Part shown: positions 37,423-46,850 of the stretch, in pieces
Layout: each line of letters begins with the position of its first letter
Numbering within the stretch: the first letter of the stretch is position 1
NCBI GenBank assembly: GCA_903851135.1
Contig: CAINNK010000021.1
Coordinates: forward strand, 441-64,440
Source: an uncultured bacterium
GTDB taxonomy: Bacteria > Patescibacteriota > Minisyncoccia > Moranbacterales > GWC2-37-73
Direction: 5' to 3'
Length of the DNA stretch: 64,000 nt
The notes under the pieces: generated by a model
What the model was told of the DNA's origin: nothing
The model's input: the letters and a program-made list of their open reading frames with translations, nothing else
Databases searched by the model: none
Position numbers and translations under genes: made by a program

Positions 37423-37427
37423 CTCTG

Positions 37428-37907
37428 TTAGATTCTTCTTGGTTTCTTTGGTCTGCAACCGTTGTGAGGAATCGGAGTCATATCCTTGATTGAAACAAGT
37501 TCAAAGCCCTTGTTTGCCAGAGACCTGATCGATGATTCACGTCCGCTGCCAACACCTTTGACAAAAACTTCCAATTCTTGAACGCCATATTTTTTCACTT
37601 TTTCTGAAACATCATGCACAACCTGAGTTGCAGCATAAGGAGTTGCCTTTTTGGCACCCTTAAAACCAAGCAATCCAGAACTTGCCCAAGCCAACATAGC
37701 ACCATTTGAATCAGAAATCATCACCATGGTGTTATTGTAGGTGCATTTAATGTGAGCCTGTCCTTTCAGAATCTGCCTTTTGAGCTTTTTCTTTTTTTTC
37801 TTCGAGTCAGCTTCAGCGACTTCAACCACCTTTTTTTCTTCAGTGCCTTCTTTTTCAGCAGCAACTGCTTCAAAAATATCTTCAGTTTTTTTAATATCCT
37901 CAACCAT
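37428..37907 (-). CDS. rpsK: 30S ribosomal protein S11 (N-terminal extension)
   Basis: TYNNT, GFKGAKKATPYAA, TPIPHNGCRP. ATG 37907. Confidence 0.97.
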   Translation of the reverse strand: MVEDIKKTEDIFEAVAAEKEGTEEKKVVEVAEADSKKKKKKLKRQILKGQAHIKCTYNNTMVMISDSNGAMLAWASSGLLGFKGAKKATPYAATQVVHDVSEKVKKYGVQELEVFVKGVGSGRESSIRSLANKGFELVSIKDMTPIPHNGCRPKKPRRI

Positions 37908-37910
37908 ATT

Positions 37911-38030
37911 TATATAATTCAAAATTTAAATCTCAAAATGGAAAATTCTGGAGTCACTTTGTGACGTTTTGGAAAGTCATGAGCAAAGCGAATTCCTAAA
38001 TTTTTATTTTTGATTTTTGACTTTTTAATT
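37911..38030. repeat. 120-bp hairpin repeat, copy 2
   Basis: Direct repeat of 37303-37422. Confidence 0.92.
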
Positions 38031-38032
38031 TA

Positions 38033-38419
38033 TTATGTCTTAGATTCTGTTCGGCGACCACTAGCCATAGTCCTTCGAACATTTCCTCTCACTGTGCGAC
38101 TATTGGTTTTGGTTCGCTGTCCATGCACTGGAAGTCCTTTTTGATGACGAGAGCCACGATAGCTTCCAATTTCCTTCAAGCGTTTCACATTCATTTTCAC
38201 TTCATGTTTGAGTTCTCCTTCAACCTTGTATTTCTTTTCAATTTCGTCTCGCAATTTATTTGCTTGTTCTGGTGACAAAACCTTAGTCTTGGTCTTAGGA
38301 TCAATTTCAAGCTTTTTCAAAAGTTTTTTGCTCGTAGAAGGACCGATGCCAAAAACATAAGTCAAGGCAACTTCAATTATTTTTTCATCTGGCAAATTTA
38401 TTCCGGAAATACGTATCAT
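38033..38419 (-). CDS. rpsM: 30S ribosomal protein S13
   Basis: RISGINLP, ALTYVFGIG, GLPVHGQRTKTNSRT. Confidence 0.97.
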   Translation of the reverse strand: MIRISGINLPDEKIIEVALTYVFGIGPSTSKKLLKKLEIDPKTKTKVLSPEQANKLRDEIEKKYKVEGELKHEVKMNVKRLKEIGSYRGSRHQKGLPVHGQRTKTNSRTVRGNVRRTMASGRRTESKT

Positions 38420-38512
38420 AAAATCAGGTTATAGCTTTTAGCTTTTTAGCTTTTTAGAAGATAAAATCTCTTTCTAAAACAAACTAACAAGCTAATGCCT
38501 AATAAGCTTGTT
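38420..38512. repeat. TAGCTTT-periodic hairpin (second copy at 41097-41189)
   Basis: AAAATCAGGTT-ATAGCTTTTAGCTTTTTAGC ... CAAGCTAATGCCTAATAAGCT. Confidence 0.85.
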
Positions 38513-38515
38513 AAA

Positions 38516-38629
38516 TTATCCTTGTCTTTGTTTATGTTTTGGCGTTGAACAAATCACATAAACGCGTCCTCGGCGTCTGACAACTTTACACTTGGCACAT
38601 ATTTTTTTTACGGATGCTCGTACTTTCAT
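38516..38629 (-). CDS. rpmJ: 50S ribosomal protein L36 (not in the ORF track)
   Basis: [37 protein letters not shown]. Confidence 0.97.
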   Translation of the reverse strand: MKVRASVKKICAKCKVVRRRGRVYVICSTPKHKQRQG

Positions 38630-38634
38630 GTTTT

Positions 38635-38747
38635 TCTCTACGAACTACGAATCTGTACGAATGTACGAATCCGTATTCATTTGTATTTAACAATTTATTT
38701 TAGTCTCTTTTTTCGTACATTCGTATTCTTTCGTACATTCGTAGAGA
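38635..38747. repeat. Octamer-periodic hairpin (TACGAAT family)
   Basis: TCTCTACGAACTACGAATCTGTACGAATGTACGAA ... TTCGTACATTCGTATTCTTTCGTACATTCGTAGAGA. Confidence 0.85.
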
Positions 38748-38751
38748 CTAC

Positions 38752-38976
38752 CTACATACGTTGCACAACCCTACCCTTAGTCAAATCGTAAGGGCTCATT
38801 TCCATCAGCACTCTGTCTCCCGGTAACAATCGAATGTAATGCACTCGCATTCTGCCAGAAATGTGAGCTAAAACTTCATGACCATTGTCTAATTTGACTT
38901 TGAAAGTCGTGCTAGGCAAGGTTTCCACTATTACTCCTTCGATTTTGATGAGCTCCTTTTCGTTGTTTGCTGACAT
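38752..38976 (-). CDS. infA: Translation initiation factor IF-1
   Basis: [33 protein letters not shown]. Confidence 0.97.
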   Translation of the reverse strand: MSANNEKELIKIEGVIVETLPSTTFKVKLDNGHEVLAHISGRMRVHYIRLLPGDRVLMEMSPYDLTKGRVVQRM

Positions 38977-39106
38977 ATTTTGAGTGATTTTCCAACCTAA
39001 AAATAGAGGGGAAATACTTTTCCAATACTATCCTCATTCGTGAAAATAAAGTAGTGAAAACCTCTAATTTAAACTGTCTATTAAGCTGTTCTAAAAACGT
39101 ATAACT

Positions 39107-39135
39107 ATCTTAACAAGTTATCGAATTGTTGTCAA
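39107..39135 (-). promoter_or_regulatory. Sigma70-type promoter for the infA-rpsI operon
   Basis: TTGACA-17 bp-TAAGAT on the minus strand. Confidence 0.7.
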
Positions 39136-39212
39136 CCCCGCGGAAATATCTCAACTAAAACCCAGGAATTATCACCACCAAAAGCTCCGTTTTCCAGCTA
39201 AAAAGGCTCGAG

Positions 39213-41096
39213 TTACTGCCCTTTTTCAACCTCAATCTTCACCCTTTGTGAAAATTGCGGGGTGCGGGTGATGAAAGTTGGCCAAAAATTGACACTGGCG
39301 CTTTCAATTTGGTCCTGGTTTTTTTTCAGAATTGCCAACAATTCACTTTCATTTTTTCCAAGTAAATCTTTTTTGAAAGATTCGACGTCAATTTTTGGCG
39401 TAACCTCAACTTCGGCATGAACTTTCAAGAGCATCGTGCCCTTGTCAAAAGCGGGTTCAATACTAACATATTGAATATTTTTGATATTCTTTGCAGCATC
39501 CTGGGGTTGGCTGGAAAACTGCGGAGTTTTTTTAATAATAGCCTCCACATCTTGTTGAGAAAAAACCAAAACGTGAACACTAGCTGTGGCAGTATAGTCA
39601 AATGATCCAACGCCGTCGCCAACTTTCACATTGGCTGAGGATTTTTCCGGGGTTATTTTTTCAGCCTGCGGCAAATCAATTTCACCTGTTTGCATCTTTC
39701 CTGCAATTGCAGCGGAAATTTTTTCTTTCAATGCCGTTTCAGTTTTTTGCTTAGCACTATCCAAATCACTTTGACTGACTCCAGCTGAACCACTGCCTTC
39801 GGTTGTACCACCAGCCATAGCAGCCGTGGATTTGGCATAAAACTTGTCATATTTTGGTCCACCTTGAAAACCTGGGATCTTGAAACTGCTCGCCTCAAGA
39901 TTATAGTCGCCGCCTGGTTGATCAGCCACAACCTCAGCTGAAATTGCACCCGGCTTTGCCCCTCCACCAGCATTGTTCAAACCTGGAACAACAATAGTTT
40001 TAAGCAAACGAAAAACTTTCCCACTATCAGATTGAATTCTAGTGGTTGCCACCAGTGTCTGCGGCTGACTGTCAAATTCATTATAAATCACGACAGTCCC
40101 TTGAGCTTTTTTGCCAGAAGATGAACTTTTGCCAGTAGCATTGTATTGTAAAGTCAATTGCTCTTGACCATCAATAACATTTACCGGGATAAAATTCTCC
40201 CCTTGCTGCGAACCAACATTAATGTCAGTGTCTATCTTAACCGTTTGCACATTCGGTTTAATGACAATATCCGCACTAGGAATATATACATAGCCAGCCA
40301 CTCCACCAAGCAAAAACAAACAAACAATAATGAAAATGAAAAGCAAATTCTTTGTCTTCAAATTTGGAATCTGACGATTTTCGGGACTAGCTGGAACAAT
40401 TTTTTCGTGCTGCGTAAACATTTTCTCCAAGGATCTTTCCTTGTCTGAATCAAGCCCACGAGGATTTGCTTTCTTAGCATTGTTACTTGCATATTGTGAG
40501 GCTGGAATTTCTTTGCGACTACTAGCAACTCTTGACCTAGATTGCAAAGGAGCATTTTCAACTACGCGTCGCTGACCAACCTGCTGACGATTTGCGGCAG
40601 GCGCGTTTGTGCGAGCATTGGTTGTTTTTGATGGGATAGTTTTCGTCTTGATACTTTTTGCGGCGGCGGCAACATGCCGATTAACGTCTACGGATGATTG
40701 CTGATTATCATAAAAATTATTAGAACCAACATTATTCAATCTTGCTGATTTACTATTATTTGTTCTATTTGCAAACTGAACTTCTTCAACCTCTGATTCT
40801 TCCAAATCAGCCTTTAACTCCACGTCCAGAACTTCATCCGATCCATCTATTGACCTTTGAATGTCGACTCCACTTCTGGCTGCCATAGCAATCACAACCT
40901 CCTCTTGCGTCACCAAAATAACATGTTTTTTTATCTTGTCCGCTTCTCGCTTCAGCAATTTCAAATTCACAATACTCTGCAAAAAAATCGCTCTTTTTGG
41001 CGCTACAAAATAATTATCAACGGCCATTGATTTTCTCAACCTATCTATGACGGATGAAATTTCCTCATCGGCATCGATATAAAATGTTTGGTGCAT
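39213..41096 (-). CDS. Single-TM protein with baseplate J/gp47-like extracellular region
   Basis: KAQGTVVIYN, ATTRI, VVADQPGGDYNL and AMAGGT follow a TM helix. Confidence 0.7.
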   Translation of the reverse strand: MHQTFYIDADEEISSVIDRLRKSMAVDNYFVAPKRAIFLQSIVNLKLLKREADKIKKHVILVTQEEVVIAMAARSGVDIQRSIDGSDEVLDVELKADLEESEVEEVQFANRTNNSKSARLNNVGSNNFYDNQQSSVDVNRHVAAAAKSIKTKTIPSKTTNARTNAPAANRQQVGQRRVVENAPLQSRSRVASSRKEIPASQYASNNAKKANPRGLDSDKERSLEKMFTQHEKIVPASPENRQIPNLKTKNLLFIFIIVCLFLLGGVAGYVYIPSADIVIKPNVQTVKIDTDINVGSQQGENFIPVNVIDGQEQLTLQYNATGKSSSSGKKAQGTVVIYNEFDSQPQTLVATTRIQSDSGKVFRLLKTIVVPGLNNAGGGAKPGAISAEVVADQPGGDYNLEASSFKIPGFQGGPKYDKFYAKSTAAMAGGTTEGSGSAGVSQSDLDSAKQKTETALKEKISAAIAGKMQTGEIDLPQAEKITPEKSSANVKVGDGVGSFDYTATASVHVLVFSQQDVEAIIKKTPQFSSQPQDAAKNIKNIQYVSIEPAFDKGTMLLKVHAEVEVTPKIDVESFKKDLLGKNESELLAILKKNQDQIESASVNFWPTFITRTPQFSQRVKIEVEKGQ

Positions 41097-41189
41097 AAAA
41101 TCAGGTTTTAGCTTTTAGCTTTTTAGCTTTTAGAAAAATTCTTTTTAAATCTTCTAAGAAGCTACCAAGCTAATGCCTAATAAGCTATT
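41097..41189. repeat. TAGCTTT-periodic hairpin
   Basis: Same termini as 38420-38512 with a different loop. Confidence 0.85.
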
Positions 41190-41190
41190 A

Positions 41191-42450
41191 TTATTCTTGA
41201 ATTGTTTGCAAAACTCTACGCAAAATTCCGGCCATAATTTTTTCTTCGTCCGTGACATCCAAAATCAAATTAGCCAAACCCATCGGCGTGACATCCTGTG
41301 GATTTTGCAAGGTTCCTGTCTCGTCAATAACTCGCGCAACATCGCGCGGTTGCAAATAACTAACCACTGGCGGTTTTGCAAAGGGCAAACCGCGTAACCA
41401 TTCCTTCGAAACCAACGCTTTTCTAATGCCTGGCAAACCTGAGCCACCACCGCAAAGCAAAATTTTAGAAGGCAAAACATCCGAATTAGCAAATTCTGAA
41501 AGAGATAACTCCACCCCACTGAGCCAAACTGAGCAATCACTTTGCATAATCTGCTCTATCTTAGCACTCACATCATTTCCCAGCTTTCCTTCAGCATAAC
41601 TTATTTTCAAATCTTCAGCTTCTTCGAAATTGATTCGCAATTCTTGTGCCAGTTTTTTCGTAAAAGCTCTTCCACCAAAGGCAAACATTTTCGTGCCTTC
41701 CAGTCCGCCATTACGCACAACAGCAATATCCGTAGTCCCACCTCCAATGTCAATAAAAATAGCATTGAAATCCAAAGCATCATCGTAGTCGACGCTGCGC
41801 GCAACTGCGTATGGCTCCGCAGCGATACTAAGCAAGTCTATACGCAATTCATCAGCAATTGTTTGCAATGCTCCCAAATGAATCATTGGCGCATAGGCGT
41901 TGAAAATACTAACGGAAACATCCTTGCCTTGAAAACCGATTGGATTAGTCACTTGATAGCCATCGATACGCACATCCACAATAGCTGCATTAATTAGTTT
42001 TACATCAATGTCCTGCCCAGTCTCCCATTCGATCTGTTGTTGGATACGCTCATAGGCTTTGATTTGAACTTTTTGAATGATATTTTTCAGTTCTGCAAAA
42101 TCAATTCGAGAGTCTGGATTTGAACGTTCATAATGAACAGTGGTAGTTGTACCCTTAACCAACTCACCTGCAATTCCAACTATTGCTTTTTTCACATTCT
42201 TAATGTTAGCACTAGCAAGTGCATCATCAATAGACAGTTGACAAGTTTCAATGACTCCGGAAATATCTGAAACAGCGCCACTTTGCATGTTTCCTCTCCT
42301 TTGTCGCTGCTTTCCAACGCCAACAACATTAGCAGTTTTTTCCTGTTTATTTATTTGAAAAATAAGCGCTTTGGTAACTTCCGTGCCAATATCAAGCGCC
42401 AAAAAATATTCACTACTATTTTTTGAAAATAAATTAGAAAATATAGACAT
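41191..42450 (-). CDS. FtsA-like actin-fold ATPase
   Basis: ALDIGT, AEPYA, IDIGGGTTDIAV, LCGGGS. Confidence 0.85.
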   Translation of the reverse strand: MSIFSNLFSKNSSEYFLALDIGTEVTKALIFQINKQEKTANVVGVGKQRQRRGNMQSGAVSDISGVIETCQLSIDDALASANIKNVKKAIVGIAGELVKGTTTTVHYERSNPDSRIDFAELKNIIQKVQIKAYERIQQQIEWETGQDIDVKLINAAIVDVRIDGYQVTNPIGFQGKDVSVSIFNAYAPMIHLGALQTIADELRIDLLSIAAEPYAVARSVDYDDALDFNAIFIDIGGGTTDIAVVRNGGLEGTKMFAFGGRAFTKKLAQELRINFEEAEDLKISYAEGKLGNDVSAKIEQIMQSDCSVWLSGVELSLSEFANSDVLPSKILLCGGGSGLPGIRKALVSKEWLRGLPFAKPPVVSYLQPRDVARVIDETGTLQNPQDVTPMGLANLILDVTDEEKIMAGILRRVLQTIQE

Positions 42451-42456
42451 AAAAAC

Positions 42457-42572
42457 AAAATCTCAATTTCAAAATCCCAATTTCCAATAAAGACCTGGAA
42501 TCCAAATGAAATAATTTTTGTCATTTGAATTTAGGATTTTATTTGATATTTGACATTAGAATTTTAGATTTT
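42457..42572. repeat. AAATCCT-family hairpin element
   Basis: AAATCTCAATTTCAAAATCCCAATTTCCAATAAA ... ATTTGATATTTGACATTAGAATTTTAGATTT. Confidence 0.75.
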
Positions 42573-42600
42573 AAAAATCATTATAGAAAAATTAACCGAT

Positions 42601-43590
42601 TTATTTCACAGTGATATCTTTAATATTAGATTCAATCTGCTCTTCGTTTAATAGTCCGGCTTGTCCGCCATATTGCATTATCGAGCTGCTTGAATTAGCA
42701 ATTCCCCATTTTAAGCACGTTTGCAAATCTTGCTCTTTAAGATAGGCTGCAAAAAAACCACTCGCAAAAGCATCACCTGCTCCAGTCGTGTCTACTGTTT
42801 TGCCAAGCAAAGCCTCTGCGAAAAAAGTTTCACCCTCAACACTTGCCCAGGCGCCACGTTTACCATCCGTCAGGGCGACAACTTTCGCTCCCATTTTTTT
42901 CAGCTCTTTGATTAAATAAGCCTCTTCCTCACTTTGCAAATTGCCATTCAAAGCCGAAACGATTTCCATCGCCTCGTCCTTATTTACAAAAAGTAAATCA
43001 CATTTAGCCACAACTTCAATAATCTTAGCAACGTCCTCATGAATAGTTTTTTGGCGGGGATTGAATGCCAAGAAAATATTTTTTTTCTTGGCAGCTGCAA
43101 CAATTATGTCTAGATTATGTTGCCAAGCACCGCTCAAATCGCCAATAAAAATCCATTCAAAATCAACAAGCTTTTGAACATCAATCACGAGCTTTTGATT
43201 TGCAACTTGATTGGAAAAAATAACCCGATCTTCGACATTCTGGTCAACCACTATCGCCGACAAATCACTCTTGCAATCCTTTTCCACTCCAACATAGTCC
43301 AATTTAATTCCGACTTTTTCCAATTGAGCATGAATCCAATTGCCCGTCACGTCATTTCCAATTGTTGTGTAGGCAGAAACTTCATTTCCCAATTTGACCA
43401 AGCCAGCAGCCACGTTGACACTGCAACCTCCAACTGATTCGAAGCGCTCATTGATGTGATATTTCGCCCCGAGCTCAAAGGCCAGTTTTCTTTGCGACAA
43501 AAGATCTTCCGGCGTGTCCAGAACAACTCCTTCGCAAGTCGGAAAAAATATATCTTGTGAAACTGAACCAATTGTAAGAATTTTAGTCAT
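42601..43590 (-). CDS. PfkB family carbohydrate kinase
   Basis: GGCSVNVA, NKDEA, TDGKRGA, VDTTGAGDAFASGF. ATG 43590. Confidence 0.92.
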   Translation of the reverse strand: MTKILTIGSVSQDIFFPTCEGVVLDTPEDLLSQRKLAFELGAKYHINERFESVGGCSVNVAAGLVKLGNEVSAYTTIGNDVTGNWIHAQLEKVGIKLDYVGVEKDCKSDLSAIVVDQNVEDRVIFSNQVANQKLVIDVQKLVDFEWIFIGDLSGAWQHNLDIIVAAAKKKNIFLAFNPRQKTIHEDVAKIIEVVAKCDLLFVNKDEAMEIVSALNGNLQSEEEAYLIKELKKMGAKVVALTDGKRGAWASVEGETFFAEALLGKTVDTTGAGDAFASGFFAAYLKEQDLQTCLKWGIANSSSSIMQYGGQAGLLNEEQIESNIKDITVK

Positions 43591-43591
43591 C

Positions 43592-43670
43592 TGAGCGTGG
43601 AGCGCATAACGCAATTCCTGGAACGTGGCTACATTCCGTATTTCACGTTTTGCGATATACGTTTTACGTT
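43592..43670. repeat. CGTGGAA-family periodic hairpin
   Basis: GAGCGTGGAGCGCATAACGC ... CACGTTTTGCGATATACGTTTTACGTT. Confidence 0.65.
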
Positions 43671-44969
43671 TTAAGCTTTAAGTTCCTGTTCTATCTTCAT
43701 AAGTCTGTTGTATTTACACAAACGCTCGCCACGAGAAAGTGATCCGGATTTGATAAATTCAGCCGCTGTGCCAACTGCAAGATCAGCAATAAATTCATCC
43801 GTTGTTTCGCCACTGCGATGTGAAACCATTACTTTCATCTTGTTTTTCTTAGCTAATCTGATGCAATCAAAAGTTTCCGAAAGTGATCCGATTTGGTTTA
43901 CTTTAATAAGCACGGCATTACAAGCCTTTTCAGCAATAGCGCGTTGTAATCTTTTCACATTTGTGACCAGTAAATCATCTCCCACTAAGATATGTTCACT
44001 TAGTACCGCTTTTGGAACATCACTTGAAATCGGCTTGCTCACAATTTTCTCCATCATAATTTTCCAACCATCCCAATCTTCCTCTGCTAAGCCATCTTCG
44101 ATGGAAACCAAATGATATTTCTCAATCCATTCCCGATAAATATTTACCAGTCTTTCTTTTTCAAGACTGACGCCTTCCGGCTTAAAAATATAAAGATTTT
44201 CACTTTCATCATAAAAAGAACTGGCCGCCGCATCAATGCCCAAATTCACTTGCTTGCCAAGTTCATAGCCAGCCTGAGTAATGGCCTGATTGATTATCTC
44301 AAGGGCCTGAGTGTTACTTTCAAGCTTTGGAGCAAAGCCACCTTCATCACCGACACCCGTACTTTGATTGTCGGCTTCCAAAATCTTTTTTAGCTTGTGA
44401 AAAATCTCACTACCCGCCCGCAATTGCTCGGAAAATTTCTTCACCCCCGTTGGAATTATTTTGAATTCTTGAATGCTCAAACCGTTGTCGCTATGCTGAC
44501 CGCCATTAAGCACATTAAACATTGGGATCGGCAACTTTGGTTTAACTTTGATATCACAAATGTCATTGATATATTGATAAAGAGGCAGACCTTTTTCATT
44601 GGCCGCTGCTCGACACACCGCAAGCGAAACACCCAAAATCGCATTAGCCCCTAAATTGCTTTTATTTTCAGTGCCATCAAGTTCCAACATTATTTCATCA
44701 ATTTCAGACTGGTTACTTGCTTCTTTTCCCAAAAGACTTTTTTTAATTGCAGTGTTAACATTTTTCACTGCATTCAAAACTCCTAAGCCGCCATATCTCT
44801 TTGCATCACCATCTCGAAGCTCCAAGGCTTCGAATTTCCCAGTTGAAGCTCCTGACGGAACTGCTGCCACCGCCCTAGTGCCACTCTCCAAAATAATTTC
44901 AACTTCCACGGTTGGATTCCCTCTTGAATCTAAAATTTCTCTTCCAATAATATCTTTAATTTTTGACAT
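43671..44969 (-). CDS. eno: Enolase
   Basis: REILDSRGNPTVE, VPSGASTG, VGDEGGFAP, SHRSGET. Confidence 0.97.
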   Translation of the reverse strand: MSKIKDIIGREILDSRGNPTVEVEIILESGTRAVAAVPSGASTGKFEALELRDGDAKRYGGLGVLNAVKNVNTAIKKSLLGKEASNQSEIDEIMLELDGTENKSNLGANAILGVSLAVCRAAANEKGLPLYQYINDICDIKVKPKLPIPMFNVLNGGQHSDNGLSIQEFKIIPTGVKKFSEQLRAGSEIFHKLKKILEADNQSTGVGDEGGFAPKLESNTQALEIINQAITQAGYELGKQVNLGIDAAASSFYDESENLYIFKPEGVSLEKERLVNIYREWIEKYHLVSIEDGLAEEDWDGWKIMMEKIVSKPISSDVPKAVLSEHILVGDDLLVTNVKRLQRAIAEKACNAVLIKVNQIGSLSETFDCIRLAKKNKMKVMVSHRSGETTDEFIADLAVGTAAEFIKSGSLSRGERLCKYNRLMKIEQELKA

Positions 44970-45010
44970 ATTTTTTATCCTTAAATTTAATTATTTAGAC
45001 TTTCAGCAAT

Positions 45011-45625
45011 TTAAGCATGCAGATGCACCCACAAAAAAGCTGTTTGCAACGGATTAAAGAGCACTAACAACAACAGCAACACCAAATAATAAGCTGTTAA
45101 ATATTTCAAACTGACAAAATATTCTTGTTGCATCAAAAATGCTTCATTACTGCTTTTCAATAAAAAGTCCCAAGATAAACGCAAGAATTTATAATGAATC
45201 ACGGCTATCAAAATTATTGACGCAGCTAAAATAAACCAGGACCAATAAAGTTGGCTACCATAAAGAAAAAAAGTTCCGAAGAAAAATGATGGCAAGATTA
45301 AAAATGTTTCCTTATCCCAACAACTGTTTTCTTTTTTGAAATTCTTAAAACTGGAAAAATACAAATGCGGAATAATAATAAAATTAAGCAGCAAGCCAAT
45401 CAAAAAAACTGTAACCGTAACCCAACTAAAAACACCAAAATATGTTCCCGGGGCAATATATCCTAAATTATTCAAGACCACCAAAACAAATCCCAAAAAA
45501 AGTAGCGCCTCAGATGAACGCAAACCCAGCAATGTTAAACTATCCACCTTTCTCGCTTCATAGGAAGGAATTTCTTTTTCGTTAAAAATTCCTACTTTTT
45601 CACCTCTAAAATTAGGGGTTATCAT
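45011..45625 (-). CDS. Hypothetical membrane protein
   Basis: About five hydrophobic segments. Confidence 0.75.
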   Translation of the reverse strand: MITPNFRGEKVGIFNEKEIPSYEARKVDSLTLLGLRSSEALLFLGFVLVVLNNLGYIAPGTYFGVFSWVTVTVFLIGLLLNFIIIPHLYFSSFKNFKKENSCWDKETFLILPSFFFGTFFLYGSQLYWSWFILAASIILIAVIHYKFLRLSWDFLLKSSNEAFLMQQEYFVSLKYLTAYYLVLLLLLVLFNPLQTAFLWVHLHA

Positions 45626-45757
45626 ATCAGCTACACTTAATTACGAATTAAATTGACATCCAAACAACCGCCAACAAAAAATATCTTTACTGCATTTTTC
45701 GATTGTTTTAACTTTTTATAGTATAGCACATTTATCTTCTTTCAATCCAATAATATT

Positions 45758-46810
45758 TTACGATTTTTCAAGACTCAATGCTTCCAAGCCCGGCATCGCA
45801 TTGCCACTCAGATATTCCAACATTGCGCCGCCGCCAGTCGAGACAAATGAAACCTTATCCATTAAATTGTTTTCCTCCAAAACCTGAACTGATTCCCCGC
45901 CGCCGATCAGAGTGTATGCCCCACTGTCAACCACAGCAGCCAAAATTTCTCTCGTAGAGCTATCAAAAGGCGGTTGCTCAAATTTTCCCAAGGGACCATT
46001 CCAAACAATCACTTTTGACTGCGCAATTATTTCCTTAAAAAGTTGCACTGTCTTTTCTCCAATATCCAAGCGATCTTGAGCAAAATCAAGTGGCAAAATA
46101 ACTTTCGAGGAAAATTGAAGTGACTGGTCAATGGCCTCGTTGGCAATTTTACCACCAACTAAAATGTTAGTATAAATTGATTCAAATAACTTAATCAACG
46201 GCAATTTGGTCTCAATTTTTGCGCCACCAATGATTGCCGTGGCTGGAAATTCCGGACTCTTCAGCACTTTGTCAAGATTCTCAATTTCTTTCTGAAGCCA
46301 AAAACCACCATAACTTGGCAGAAATTTTGTCACCCCAGTCACCGAGGCTTGATCGCGATGGCAAACACTAAATGCATCATTAACATAGACTTCAAAATTT
46401 TCCGCCAAAGATTTAGAAAATTCTTCTTCATTGCTTTCTTCCCCTGCATGAAACCGCACATTCTCTAAAAGCAATATTTCTTCCGGCTTAAGACTCTCAA
46501 GAAATTCAGCCACGTCTTTGCCAATGCAATTTTCAGCAAACACAATCTTTTTGCCTAAAATCTTTTCAAGCTCACCAATCAATTGAGTCAAAGAAAAATC
46601 AAAATTTTCTTTTCCATCTGGTCTTCCTAAATGAGAAGCCAAGGCAATCTTGGTTCCAGCTTGAGACGCAAGAAATTCAACAGTTTCCTTGCAAGCTTCC
46701 AATTTAAACCGCTCTTGAATTTTTCCATCCACAATTGCTACGTTAAAATCAGCTCTAACTAAAACCTTTTTTCCCGCAAACTCACCATCTTGAATTTTTT
46801 TTATTTCCAT
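45758..46810 (-). CDS. pgk: Phosphoglycerate kinase
   Basis: VRADFNV, SHLGRP, LLENVRF, WNGPLG, STGGGA. Confidence 0.96.
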   Translation of the reverse strand: MEIKKIQDGEFAGKKVLVRADFNVAIVDGKIQERFKLEACKETVEFLASQAGTKIALASHLGRPDGKENFDFSLTQLIGELEKILGKKIVFAENCIGKDVAEFLESLKPEEILLLENVRFHAGEESNEEEFSKSLAENFEVYVNDAFSVCHRDQASVTGVTKFLPSYGGFWLQKEIENLDKVLKSPEFPATAIIGGAKIETKLPLIKLFESIYTNILVGGKIANEAIDQSLQFSSKVILPLDFAQDRLDIGEKTVQLFKEIIAQSKVIVWNGPLGKFEQPPFDSSTREILAAVVDSGAYTLIGGGESVQVLEENNLMDKVSFVSTGGGAMLEYLSGNAMPGLEALSLEKS

Positions 46811-46850
46811 AAATTTATTGCTTATTGATTATTGAATTTTGATTATTGTT

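Noticed and set aside
34115-37907. Charged N-terminal extensions on S9 and S11
   Set aside because: Low-complexity extensions are common on these proteins in various lineages.
37303-38030. Repeats as a CRISPR array
   Set aside because: Units are 120 bp or degenerate 7-8-mers, there is no repeat-spacer series, and no cas genes.
38990-39070. Possible ribosomal-protein leader upstream of infA
   Set aside because: Only a short AATAGAGG/CCTCTAATT stem; cannot be assigned without covariance data.
39213-41096. Prophage or contractile injection system
   Set aside because: No other phage structural, packaging or integrase genes nearby; the protein is membrane-anchored among housekeeping genes.
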